In this document: positions 17,063 through 26,137 of the stretch, piece by piece
Position numbering within the stretch: the stretch's first letter is position 1
Layout of the letters: each line of letters begins with the position of its first letter
DNA from: Candidatus Helarchaeota archaeon
GTDB taxonomy: Archaea; Asgardarchaeota; Lokiarchaeia; Helarchaeales; RDOG01
Assembly: GCA_029838215.1 (NCBI GenBank)
Contig: JALGVI010000038.1
Location: 1-30,024, forward strand
DNA: 30,024 nucleotides
Reading direction: 5' to 3'
Program-made: the position numbers and the translations under genes
Notes under the pieces: model-generated
The model's input: the letters and a program-made list of their open reading frames with translations, nothing else
What the model was told of the DNA's origin: nothing
Databases searched by the model: none

Positions 17063-19117
17063 ATTACAACAGGTATTATCCTTGGAAGCACCCGAAAAGC
17101 CATGACGATCGATAAAGACTATCTAATTCAAGAATTGAATGAGAGAGATATTCCCTGTATTTATATTTCGAAGCTTCTTTCTAGCGGAGCCTTGGAGCAA
17201 ATTACTCATTTCATCGAAAAAAATGAGATCTCACACTTGATTATTGGTACTTCTGAAAGGTCAAGGATACTTGCTACGATTCCATCCCGATTCCCAAAGA
17301 TAATTTTTGAGGTAATCTCTCTTCCCGAAGTTCTAATTAATGCTCCAGAAACGTTACGAACGAGATTAACAAGGAATGCTCTTCAATTATTATTGGCAGA
17401 AAGTGAGGCAATCTCATTGAAAACACAAATTGAGGGACTGGAATTTTCATTGGAACAAGCGATAGCGATTATTGGGGGTGGACTTGCTGGAGTTGAAGAA
17501 GCAATCTTACTTTCTCGTTATTTCCAAGTTTATCTGATCGAAAAAAATGACCATTTGGGTGGAAATTTATACCAAGATAAATTTTTATATCCTACAGGTC
17601 AGAAATCACGAAATCTCATTCAAGAAAAAATCAAAACGATGCACGAAAAGGAAAATATCACAATCTTTCTCAATTCTCGAATATTAGACGTAGCAGGAGG
17701 TCCCGGTCAATTCGATATCGTTTTTGAGGATGAAGAAGGGCAACATGAAATTAGAGTCGGTGCCGCCATTATTTCAACGGGATTTACGGAATCAGGTCTT
17801 CCAAACGAATTTGATAAAAACCCTAGAATCATCACGCACCAACAATTGGGAGAAATCATTACAGATGGAAATATTGGATCTTTTTTCACCGATGGTTCAC
17901 GAAAACAAGTTCTATTTGTTGATTTAGAAAATCAGGAGCCTTATGAACTTCCCACGGTTTACATGCTCTCTCATGCAATTCACCTGCTAAATGCAGGAAT
18001 CGAAACCATTATTGTCACTAAAAATATTTATGCGTCATATAAATTCGAAAATCTTTATCAAGAAGTAAGGAAATTAGGAGGGCAGTTCATAAATGGTTCA
18101 ATTCAGAAGATCCAACAAGATTCGACTTCCTTTTTTTCAGTTGAAATTAATAGCGAACTTACAAAAGAAATGGTCATTGCTAAACCCGATCTCATTGTTT
18201 TATCCACGTCTCTTCGTCCTTCTTTAGAAACAGTCGATTTATTGAAGATCATGGATATTTTTCAAGACGATCGTTCTTTTATCTTTACACCTTATCCAAA
18301 ATTGAACCCGACATGGACTGGTAGAGAAGGAATTTTAATGGGTGGAAGTGCATGGCGACCGATGACAATCCCCACTACGTTAGCTCATGCTTCTGCTGCC
18401 GCTTTTCAGGTTCATCAATATCTAACCCGGCGACAAGCACGATTTAGGACACATTTGGCAGTTGTAGACGAAAAGCAATGTATTGGTTGCCGAATTTGCC
18501 AGCATTTCTGTGCATTCAAAGCAATCGAGTTTAAGATTCCGGACGAATCTTCTGTCCCAAATGAAAATTGTCTCGTTGCAGAAATCAATGCAGAACTATG
18601 CAAGGGATGTGGTGCTTGCATGTCCGTTTGTCCGACAGGTGCAGTTCAGCTCAAAAATTTCGATAGGGAATATTTATTTAAAAAAGTCGAAACGTTGATG
18701 AATCTCATAAAAGCAGATAATCTTAAAGAACCCGTTATAATTGGCTTTACTTGTCAAGAATGCGCAGGTCGGACTTTAGAACTTCTCAAAAAGGTTGAAA
18801 TTTCGCTACATAAATCTTTTTATAACTTTCTGGTTCCTTGTGCAGGACGCTTGGGAATCATTGATCTACTAAAACCATTAGTTGAAGGAGCTGACGGCGT
18901 ATTAGTATTCAAATGTCCTGATGCGTCATGTCATTATTTCACGGGAAGCACGATTGCACGAATGACCGTTGAATTTGCCCAGAATATTCTTGAAGAAATA
19001 GGACTGCAGAAGTACAAGATTCAAGCCTGTGACGTGATTGCGGTAAGACCGGGTAGATTCGAAACATGTATTGAAACCATGCTTTCACAAATAATAAAGA
19101 ATAAAAGCACACATTAA
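17063..19117 (+). CDS. Degenerate HdrA fused to MvhD (QmoB-like architecture)
   Basis: Cys-less HdrA N-terminal domain (GIILGST...IIGTSER); IIGGGLAG; EK..HLGG; IISTG; lost CxGSR..CC motif; C-terminal CIGCRICQHFC and CKGCGACMSVCP; MvhD motifs FTCQEC, VPCAGR, CPDASCHY. Start is uncertain: ATT 17063 by homology and SD, first ATG at 17102. Confidence 0.8.
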   Translation: MTTGIILGSTRKAMTIDKDYLIQELNERDIPCIYISKLLSSGALEQITHFIEKNEISHLIIGTSERSRILATIPSRFPKIIFEVISLPEVLINAPETLRTRLTRNALQLLLAESEAISLKTQIEGLEFSLEQAIAIIGGGLAGVEEAILLSRYFQVYLIEKNDHLGGNLYQDKFLYPTGQKSRNLIQEKIKTMHEKENITIFLNSRILDVAGGPGQFDIVFEDEEGQHEIRVGAAIISTGFTESGLPNEFDKNPRIITHQQLGEIITDGNIGSFFTDGSRKQVLFVDLENQEPYELPTVYMLSHAIHLLNAGIETIIVTKNIYASYKFENLYQEVRKLGGQFINGSIQKIQQDSTSFFSVEINSELTKEMVIAKPDLIVLSTSLRPSLETVDLLKIMDIFQDDRSFIFTPYPKLNPTWTGREGILMGGSAWRPMTIPTTLAHASAAAFQVHQYLTRRQARFRTHLAVVDEKQCIGCRICQHFCAFKAIEFKIPDESSVPNENCLVAEINAELCKGCGACMSVCPTGAVQLKNFDREYLFKKVETLMNLIKADNLKEPVIIGFTCQECAGRTLELLKKVEISLHKSFYNFLVPCAGRLGIIDLLKPLVEGADGVLVFKCPDASCHYFTGSTIARMTVEFAQNILEEIGLQKYKIQACDVIAVRPGRFETCIETMLSQIIKNKSTH

Positions 19118-19133
19118 TAAGGACGTTGTTAAA

Positions 19134-19592
19134 TTGGTAGAAAAATCAATAAAAGACAAGAGAGAAGTTGTCAGGGATTTATTGAAAAAATTAATGATCA
19201 AAATGCCGGAGAATCCCGTGGCAGTTCCTCAACACGTCCGTGGTTTTGGCACGATTATAATAAACACGGAAGAGTGTTTATCTTGTGGTGCCTGTTTGCA
19301 TATTTGCATCAGCCAAGCAATGAGTATTGAAAGAATATTTGACATGGAGACCCTACGGAAACAAGCAAGCAATCCACATTACCAGAATCGTTTGATATTA
19401 TTGCGTTTCATTGAAAAATTGGGTAATGTATCCAACGAAACACGTTTTAATGTTCCTGCAGGATTGATCTGCTTCGGAAAGCATCAATTAAATCTAAAAG
19501 ATTGTGTTTTTTGTGAAGATTGCATCGAAATTTGCCCTTTTAAAGCCATAACATCAGAGAGATTATTGGATTTAAAAGAATATTTGGACTGA
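19134..19592 (+). CDS. [4Fe-4S] ferredoxin-like protein built from two tandem half-modules
   Basis: CLSCGACLHIC and CVFCEDCIEICP, each preceded by R..L..L..KL...VP....FG and followed by A...ER..D; TTG start. Confidence 0.75.
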   Translation: MVEKSIKDKREVVRDLLKKLMIKMPENPVAVPQHVRGFGTIIINTEECLSCGACLHICISQAMSIERIFDMETLRKQASNPHYQNRLILLRFIEKLGNVSNETRFNVPAGLICFGKHQLNLKDCVFCEDCIEICPFKAITSERLLDLKEYLD

Positions 19593-19893
19593 AGATCCAT
19601 TGAATACCACCGCAGAAACACGAATTCCATGAAGAAATCAAACGTTGGAACAGCATGAATTACTTTGCAAAGTTTTCTCTTTTCGATCGTGAGAGAAATT
19701 CTTGGCTACGGAATTTTAACGATTATCTTTCGTAACTTTTAAAAGAATTTTTTTGTTAGTGATACCAAGTACATCAATAGCATTTACTAAATTAAAAAAT
19801 ATCAAACATATCATATACTACATTATTCAAGCACGTGCAATAATTTTTTGAAGCCACTTTAGCTTCAAAACTAGTAAAAAGAGTTGTTTCAAG

Positions 19894-20490
19894 ATGCTTT
19901 CCAAAGATAAACAAGTAATAAAAAATCCTGATTCTGAATTCATTGATGAAGTTGTTGAATACGTTAAATCCTTCTTTGGTGACGATGCAGAACGCTTGAG
20001 AGCCTGCATCCAATGCGGAACATGTACAGGCGGTTGTCCTTCAGGACGTAGAACTGCTTGGCGCACGAGAGTGATTTTCCGTAAGGTTCAGATGGGGCTC
20101 AAGAAAGAAGCACTCAGCGAACCAGAGCTATGGGATTGCACGACCTGTTATACATGCCAAGAACGATGCATTCGTGCCATTCCTACAACAGACATAATTC
20201 GATGCTTGCGAAATATTGCATTTCGAGAGGGTCTTGGCATTCAAAATGCTCACGTATTCGTGGCAAATCTTCTTGGGAAATTTGGTCATGCCGTTCCTGT
20301 CAATGATCCAACAAAGGCAGTAAGGAAGAAAATTGGTCTTTCCGAGCTTCCACCAACGGTTCATTCCTATCCCGATGGTCTCGAAGAAGTCAAAACTCTC
20401 CTTCAAGAAACAGGATTTATTGATGCTGTGAAAAAAATCGAAGAGATAAAAGCAAAAGAAAAAGAAGAAGCGGAGAAGAAGAAAAAATGA
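19894..20490 (+). CDS. hdrC: Heterodisulfide reductase subunit C
   Basis: CIQCGTCTGGCPSGRRT, LWDCTTCYTCQERC, GHAVP; ATGA overlap with hdrB. Confidence 0.93.
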   Translation: MLSKDKQVIKNPDSEFIDEVVEYVKSFFGDDAERLRACIQCGTCTGGCPSGRRTAWRTRVIFRKVQMGLKKEALSEPELWDCTTCYTCQERCIRAIPTTDIIRCLRNIAFREGLGIQNAHVFVANLLGKFGHAVPVNDPTKAVRKKIGLSELPPTVHSYPDGLEEVKTLLQETGFIDAVKKIEEIKAKEKEEAEKKKK

Positions 20491-21389
20491 CCGAGTCTGC
20501 AAAAAAATATTCGTATTTCTTAGGGTGTCTCACGCCCAACAGATATCCGGGCATTGAAAAAGCGACTTTGGAAGTTTTAAGGCGATTCGACATTGAACTT
20601 GTCGACATGAAAGGAGCCAGTTGCTGTCCCGCCCCGGGCGTTTTTGGATCTTTTGATTTAAATACATGGATGACTGTTGCAGCGAGAAATCTTACGATTG
20701 CAGAAGAAAATGGTGCTGATATTATCACAAATTGTAATGGATGTTATGGGTCTCTTCAGGAAACGAACCATCTAATGCATGGAAATAAAGAAAAACGCCA
20801 ATACGTGAATGAAAAATTAGCAAAAATTGGAAGGACCTATAAGGGGACACAAACGGTCTATCACGTGGTTGAAGTTTTACGTGATGTCATTACAATTAAA
20901 GGAATAAAAGATGCAGTTGTCCAACCACTAACGGGAATCAAAGTTGGCATTCATTATGGTTGCCATTTTCTAAAACCTTCCAAGGTTCGAGGACAAGGCT
21001 CATCAGAAGCTCCCACCGTTCTGGAAGACATTGTCCGCGCAATTGGTGCAGAACCCGTTGAATACCGGGATAAGCTAATGTGTTGCGGTGCCGGTGGTGG
21101 AGTTCGAGCCGCTTTTAAAGATGTTTCTCTGGATTTTACGAAAACTAAGGTCGAAAACATGCTTGCAGTGGGAGCTGATTGCGTGACGACACCTTGTGCA
21201 TTCTGTCACTTCGAATTTGACGTAGGTCAAGACGAAATAAATAAGGCCCAAGGCACGAATTTACAACTTCCAGTAGTCTTCATCACACAATTAGTCGCTT
21301 TGGCAATCGGCATTGGACCCGAAGAAATAGGATTATTTGATCAAACTACTCAGGTTAAAACATTCTTAGATAAAATCGGAAAAGCATAA
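20487..21389 (+). CDS. hdrB: Heterodisulfide reductase subunit B
   Basis: YFLGCLTPNRYPGIE, SCCPAPG, CNGCYGSL, HYGCH, CCGAGGGVR, PCAFCHFEFD. Confidence 0.95.
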   Translation: MTESAKKYSYFLGCLTPNRYPGIEKATLEVLRRFDIELVDMKGASCCPAPGVFGSFDLNTWMTVAARNLTIAEENGADIITNCNGCYGSLQETNHLMHGNKEKRQYVNEKLAKIGRTYKGTQTVYHVVEVLRDVITIKGIKDAVVQPLTGIKVGIHYGCHFLKPSKVRGQGSSEAPTVLEDIVRAIGAEPVEYRDKLMCCGAGGGVRAAFKDVSLDFTKTKVENMLAVGADCVTTPCAFCHFEFDVGQDEINKAQGTNLQLPVVFITQLVALAIGIGPEEIGLFDQTTQVKTFLDKIGKA

Positions 21390-21405
21390 AGTGAGTTGTT
21401 GAAAG

Positions 21406-23394
21406 ATGACTGAAGAACCAAAAATCGGAGTATTTATTTGCCATTGTGGATCCAACATTGCAGGTGTCGTTGATCCCAAAGTTCTGGCAGAATACGCAAA
21501 AGGACTCCCAAATGTCATTCATTCCGAAGATTACAAATTCATGTGTTCCGATCCAGGACAAGATTTAATTAAAAAAGCCATAAAAGAAAAGGGTCTCACG
21601 CGAATAATTGTTGCAGCTTGCAGCCCCCGCATGCATGAGCCAACATTCCGTAGAGTATGTAATGAAGCGGGTCTAAATCAATTCTTGTTTGAACAGGCAA
21701 ACATTCGCGAACATTGTACATGGGTAAACATGCGAGAACCCGAAAAAGCATTAATAATTGCAAAGGACAACATAAGAATTGCCGTTGCAAAAGCGAACAA
21801 TTTAGAAGCATTAATTGCCAAAAAAGTGTCAATAAAACCCACGGCATTAATTCTTGGAGGCGGCATTGCAGGAATAAGCGCAGCTTTAGACATAGCGGAT
21901 TCGGGATATCAGGTTATAATGGTCGAGAAGAATCCATCAATTGGCGGCAAGATGTCTCAGCTCGATAAGACATTTCCAACGATGGATTGTTCAGCTTGCA
22001 TTCTCACTCCAAAAATGGTTGATTGTTTCCAGCATCCCAACATTGAATTACATACCTATACAGAGCTTGAAGATGTTTCCGGATTTGTCGGTAATTTTCA
22101 AGTTAAATTACGGAAAAAAGCTCGCCACGTCGATCTTGAGAAGTGCACGGGTTGCGGAGAGTGTGCTCAACATTGTCCCGTAATTGCACCTAATGAGTTT
22201 GATTTGGGAATGAGCCCTCGAAAGGCATGTTACATTCCTTTTCCGCAGGCGGTGCCTCTTGTCTATACGATTGATGATGACTATTGTATTAAATGTGGAA
22301 TTTGTGCACGCAAGGAAGTATGTGAACCAGAGGCAATCAATCTCGATGAAAAAGACAAGATTATCGAAAAGGAAGTTGGCACAATCATAGTTGCTTCGGG
22401 GTATGAAGTCTTTGATCCTTCGGTAGCCCTTGAGCAATATGGTTTTGGACGATATGAAAACGTGATAACGGGTCTCCAAATGGAAAGATTATTAAGCTCC
22501 TTTGGACCTACTGAAGGCAAAGTCAAGCGCCCTTCGGATTTAAAGGATCCTGAAAAAGTTCTATTCATTCAGTGCGTTGGTTCCCGAAATCAACAAGAAG
22601 GTTGCAATCCTTATTGTAGCCGCGTGTGTTGCATGTATTCGACAAAACATGCTCGACAATATAAAGAAAAACACCCAGAAGTTCAATTGTACATTAGTTA
22701 CATGGACATTCGTGCCTTTGGAAAAGGCTACGAAGAATTTTATGAACGAGCACAACGTGAATATAATGTTAATTATATTCGTGGTCGAATTGCAGAGATT
22801 TATGAAGTTCCTGAAACTAAAAACTTGATTGTTCGGGGAGAAGACACGTTCTTAAGACGCCCATTTGAGCTAGAAGTTGACATGATTGTTTTGGCTGTAG
22901 GGTTGGTTCCTTCACCCGAATTAGGCAAGATCGTAAGAATCTTGAATCTTTCTCAAGGGACAGATGGATTTCTCTTAGAAGCCCATCCGAAATTACGGCC
23001 TGTTGATACTTTAACCGATGGTATCTTCGTGGCTGGTGCAGTCCAAGGTCCAAAAGATATTCCCGATACGGTAGCCCAAGCAAAGGGAGCGGCCTCTGGT
23101 GCAATTTCTCTGATGGCGCGTGGTGAAATTGAAATTGAACCGTATTTCGCAGTCGTAAATGAAGCCCTCTGCAGCGGTTGTCGAACATGTGAACTACTCT
23201 GTCCATTTGGAGCAATTGAAATGTTACAGTGTGGAACAGGATTACGCGCATGGATAAATGATGCCCTCTGTAAAGGATGTGGAACTTGTGTAGCGGCTTG
23301 TCCTGCAGGTGCAATTAAGCAGAACCATTTCAGCGATCAACAGATATATGCACAAATCATAGCTGCTTTAGAAGAAATAGGAGGAGAAGAATAA
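21406..23394 (+). CDS. hdrA: Heterodisulfide reductase subunit A (canonical, Cys-encoded)
   Basis: KIGVFICHCGSNI, FMCSDPGQ, AACSPRMHE, NIREHC, GGGIAG, KTFPTMDCSACILTP, inserted 2x[4Fe-4S], QCVGSR..YCSRVCC, C-terminal CSGCRTCELLCP and CKGCGTCVAACP. Confidence 0.97.
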   Translation: MTEEPKIGVFICHCGSNIAGVVDPKVLAEYAKGLPNVIHSEDYKFMCSDPGQDLIKKAIKEKGLTRIIVAACSPRMHEPTFRRVCNEAGLNQFLFEQANIREHCTWVNMREPEKALIIAKDNIRIAVAKANNLEALIAKKVSIKPTALILGGGIAGISAALDIADSGYQVIMVEKNPSIGGKMSQLDKTFPTMDCSACILTPKMVDCFQHPNIELHTYTELEDVSGFVGNFQVKLRKKARHVDLEKCTGCGECAQHCPVIAPNEFDLGMSPRKACYIPFPQAVPLVYTIDDDYCIKCGICARKEVCEPEAINLDEKDKIIEKEVGTIIVASGYEVFDPSVALEQYGFGRYENVITGLQMERLLSSFGPTEGKVKRPSDLKDPEKVLFIQCVGSRNQQEGCNPYCSRVCCMYSTKHARQYKEKHPEVQLYISYMDIRAFGKGYEEFYERAQREYNVNYIRGRIAEIYEVPETKNLIVRGEDTFLRRPFELEVDMIVLAVGLVPSPELGKIVRILNLSQGTDGFLLEAHPKLRPVDTLTDGIFVAGAVQGPKDIPDTVAQAKGAASGAISLMARGEIEIEPYFAVVNEALCSGCRTCELLCPFGAIEMLQCGTGLRAWINDALCKGCGTCVAACPAGAIKQNHFSDQQIYAQIIAALEEIGGEE

Positions 23395-23849
23395 TGACTG
23401 AAGCAAACACCAAGTCAAAATCCGCTTCAAATGACGAAGAATGGGACCCATTTATTCTCGGTATTTTCTGCAATTGGTGTTCTTATGCTGGTGCAGATCA
23501 GGCAGGAACATCAAGAATGCAGAGACCTGCAAACTTGCGCATAATTAGAGTCATGTGTAGTGGACGAGTTGATCCAACATTCATTCTCACGGCTTTGAAA
23601 AAGGGAGCTGATGGCGTTCTAATATGCGGATGCCACATCGGAGACTGTCATTACGTGCAGGGGAACTACAAGACCGAACGTAAGATTCCAATTTTAAAGC
23701 GCTTGATCGAACAGCTTGGAATTAATCCAAGGCGAATTCGGTTTGAATTCATCAGTGCTTCAGAAGGCGCGGAATTGACCGAACTCGTGAAGGAATACGT
23801 GGAAGAAATTCGTGAGATCGGACCTTCTCCATTCCGTAAAAAGCAGTAA
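23394..23849 (+). CDS. mvhD: Methyl-viologen-reducing hydrogenase delta subunit ([2Fe-2S])
   Basis: FCNWCSYAGADQAG, VMCSGRVDP, GADGVLICGCHIGDCHY, ISASEG; TAATG overlap with hdrA. Confidence 0.95.
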   Translation: MTEANTKSKSASNDEEWDPFILGIFCNWCSYAGADQAGTSRMQRPANLRIIRVMCSGRVDPTFILTALKKGADGVLICGCHIGDCHYVQGNYKTERKIPILKRLIEQLGINPRRIRFEFISASEGAELTELVKEYVEEIREIGPSPFRKKQ

Positions 23850-23864
23850 TACCGCATTAAATCA

Positions 23865-23896
23865 TTCTTTCTTTTTTATTTTTCTCTTGTTTCTTT
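23865..23896 (+). terminator. T-rich terminator
   Basis: Pyrimidine/T-runs beginning 16 nt after the mvhD stop. Confidence 0.45.
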
Positions 23897-24100
23897 GAAT
23901 TTTCCCGTTCTTTGATAACATAGTCATATCGTATTTTATAATAACATTCATCATTAAAGCTAATAGATGGCTTGATTTTGACGTAATTGCAAAAATATTC
24001 CTGATCCTTGAATGAAGATTCCTCTTCAAAATTGTTGTGAATATTCTAGTTAAACTTAAGAATAAATTTTCATTACATTGACTCAATCAATTGATTAAAA

Positions 24101-24166
24101 ATATATTTACTTTAACACGGAGGAACCGAGAAGGGTCCTCATTTTTACGTGAAAAGGTAAAAATAT
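24101..24166 (+). other. Imperfect 66-nt stem-loop in the mvhD-mvhG intergenic region
   Basis: 24101-24119 pairs with 24148-24166 (15/19 Watson-Crick + 1 G-U). Inner stem GAGGAACC (24120-24127) / GGGTCCTC (24133-24140) pairs 7/8, with loop GAGAA and a 7-nt 3' bulge. Confidence 0.5.
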
Positions 24167-24259
24167 ACAACAAACAAAAAAATTGGATTTTCAAACTTTA
24201 TTTAAAAATTGAGAAAATGAAATCATTGAACCAAAATTGAAACAACGGTCGTGATTTTG

Positions 24260-25624
24260 ATGAAACCAATATCTGTTTGTTTGATGCAACTCAGCTCTTG
24301 CTGGGGTTGTTATCAAAGCTTACTCAACCTCCATTTGGAACTACTTGACGTACTACCATTGCTTGACATTAAGTTCTGGGCTGCAGTAGTTGACACGAAG
24401 TACGAAGACTTGGAAGCGATGCCTGACGGCTCTATCGATTTAGGCATCATTGAAGGCCAAGTCAGAACAAAAGAAGACAGACATCACGTGCTATTAACTC
24501 GTCAAAAATGCAAGGTTGTCGTTACATTAGGAAGTTGTCCTCAATTCGGGAGTGTTCCCGGACTAAGTAACCTTTTCTCCATTGATGAATTGGTTGAACG
24601 TAAATTTAGCACCGCAGATTCTATTTCCTCTGGAGGAGGCGAACCAAAAGAAAACGTACCAGGATTCTGTGAGAAAATTGTTCCCGTACAGGATATAGTT
24701 CCTGTTGAAGGTGCAATTCCTGGTTGTCCTCCTGTTCCAGCAAACATTAAAGCAGCTCTCGTTTGGGCCCATCAACTATTTAATGATGTCCTATACCAAG
24801 ATTCAAATGTTTGCGAATCCTGCGAAATGCGTGGAGACGCTTGCATATTGAACAAAGGTGGACTTTGTTTTGGACCAATCACGGGAATGCCGTCCGGACA
24901 AAAATGGACTGCAAAAATGGGTCCGGTCTTGGGCGAATATGGTCCCACTGCAAAATTAGCAGAACCAGAAGCTCAAAAATTAAAAGATCTTGTTTTGAGC
25001 GTGCCTGCCTTAAACGAGAAACTTATAAAACAAATTTTAGAATTTGCAACGTTATACTTCCGACTTCCACAAATAGGTTCCATCTATTTGACTGACGATC
25101 TCCTCCAAAAAGTTAGCTTACGGCTCCAAGAATTTAGTCCTGCAGCATTGAATGATCATGGTGCAACTAAAGACTTGCCGCAACTTACGAAGGACATCAT
25201 TGGAAATGCACTTTTGAAATTAAGCAAGGATGACAAATTTCAACCGGGTCTTAAAACTGTTTGTGCACACTGCTATCGTAACAAGGAAAACAAACAACTT
25301 AAAGGACTCAAGCGAAACTACGAAGGCGTTTCAGATGCAGATACTTGCTTACTTGAGCAAGGTTACCTGTGCATGGGTATTGTTACCCGTGCTGGCTGCG
25401 GAGCACTCTGCCCACAAGTGGGCGCAGTATGTGCAGGATGTTATGGTCCAGCTCCAGAATTGAAAGATTCAGGTGCTAAATTCCTCAGCGCAATTGCATC
25501 AGTAAGCACTCAGCTTTCAATCGACGAAATCCTTGACAAAATAATAGATCCTGTAGGTACATTTTATAGATTTAGCTTGCCTGCAAGTACAATATCTGAG
25601 AAGGTGTTGGATAAAAAGGGGTGA
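24260..25624 (+). CDS. mvhG: Elongated MvhG-like [NiFe]-hydrogenase small subunit
   Basis: LSSCWGC, EGQVR, LGSCP.FG..PGL, IPGCPP, distal CAHC...CLLEQGYLCMG..TRAGCGALCP....CAGCYGP, FYRFSLP; contains an extra Cys motif and a long insert. Start GTG 24251 or ATG 24260. Confidence 0.85.
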   Translation: MKPISVCLMQLSSCWGCYQSLLNLHLELLDVLPLLDIKFWAAVVDTKYEDLEAMPDGSIDLGIIEGQVRTKEDRHHVLLTRQKCKVVVTLGSCPQFGSVPGLSNLFSIDELVERKFSTADSISSGGGEPKENVPGFCEKIVPVQDIVPVEGAIPGCPPVPANIKAALVWAHQLFNDVLYQDSNVCESCEMRGDACILNKGGLCFGPITGMPSGQKWTAKMGPVLGEYGPTAKLAEPEAQKLKDLVLSVPALNEKLIKQILEFATLYFRLPQIGSIYLTDDLLQKVSLRLQEFSPAALNDHGATKDLPQLTKDIIGNALLKLSKDDKFQPGLKTVCAHCYRNKENKQLKGLKRNYEGVSDADTCLLEQGYLCMGIVTRAGCGALCPQVGAVCAGCYGPAPELKDSGAKFLSAIASVSTQLSIDEILDKIIDPVGTFYRFSLPASTISEKVLDKKG

Positions 25625-25629
25625 AATGA

Positions 25630-26127
25630 ATGTCCTGGGATATGAATTTTAGAAGAAAAGTACTGGATAAGCACCAAGACATTAACTTGCAATATTGTTA
25701 TCAATGTTCTAGGTGTGTTAGAGAATGTCCCGTATCAGCCATTGTTGGTGATGACGTCTATAATCCTCGCCGAATAATTTTAAATGCTTTCTTAGGACTC
25801 AAGGATGCCGTCATCAAGTCCAAAGACGATAATGTCAACTTATATGCCTGTACATACTGTGATACTTGCGATGAAGTCTGTCCTTCTAACATTGAATTGA
25901 CAGAAATCTTCTATCTGTTGAAAAATATCTCTCTTGCAGAAAACAAAGGTCCTGAATGGCCAATTGCTCAAGCAAAAGTCATCTATGAAAATGGTCTGGC
26001 GATTCCAATGCAAGCAGCCATCGAAAAACGACGTGAAAGAATGGGTTTGAGCGGATTACCTGCTCCGGACGTGTCCGATATCCAAACTATCTTAAAAGAA
26101 ACAGGAGTGGCTGAATTATTAAAGTAA
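25630..26127 (+). CDS. hdrC: Second heterodisulfide reductase subunit C-like protein
   Basis: CYQCSRCVRECP, YNPRRII, CTYCDTCDEVCP..I.L.E, NGLAIP...KRRE.MGL. Confidence 0.85.
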   Translation: MSWDMNFRRKVLDKHQDINLQYCYQCSRCVRECPVSAIVGDDVYNPRRIILNAFLGLKDAVIKSKDDNVNLYACTYCDTCDEVCPSNIELTEIFYLLKNISLAENKGPEWPIAQAKVIYENGLAIPMQAAIEKRRERMGLSGLPAPDVSDIQTILKETGVAELLK

Positions 26128-26137
26128 GGTGATAAAG

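Noticed and set aside
19670-19710. Short inverted repeat TTTCTCT...AGAGAAA upstream of hdrC
   Set aside because: A 7-bp low-complexity stem is not distinguishable from chance in AT-rich DNA.
21406-23849. Selenocysteine recoding in HdrA/MvhD (known in some archaea, including Asgard lineages)
   Set aside because: Both ORFs are uninterrupted, and the relevant motifs (DCSACILTP, CNWC, CHIGDCHY) use TGC/TGT. No in-frame TGA is present.
24003-24011. GAT-CCT-TGA (DP-U) as a possible VhuU-like selenopeptide in the mvhD-mvhG spacer
   Set aside because: The flanks read IPDP*MKIP, not RAYDPUxSCxxH, and there is no supporting ORF.
23862-24086. 74-aa minus-strand ORF in the mvhD-mvhG spacer
   Set aside because: Its K/R-rich tail is just the reverse complement of the T-rich terminator, and it has no recognisable domain.
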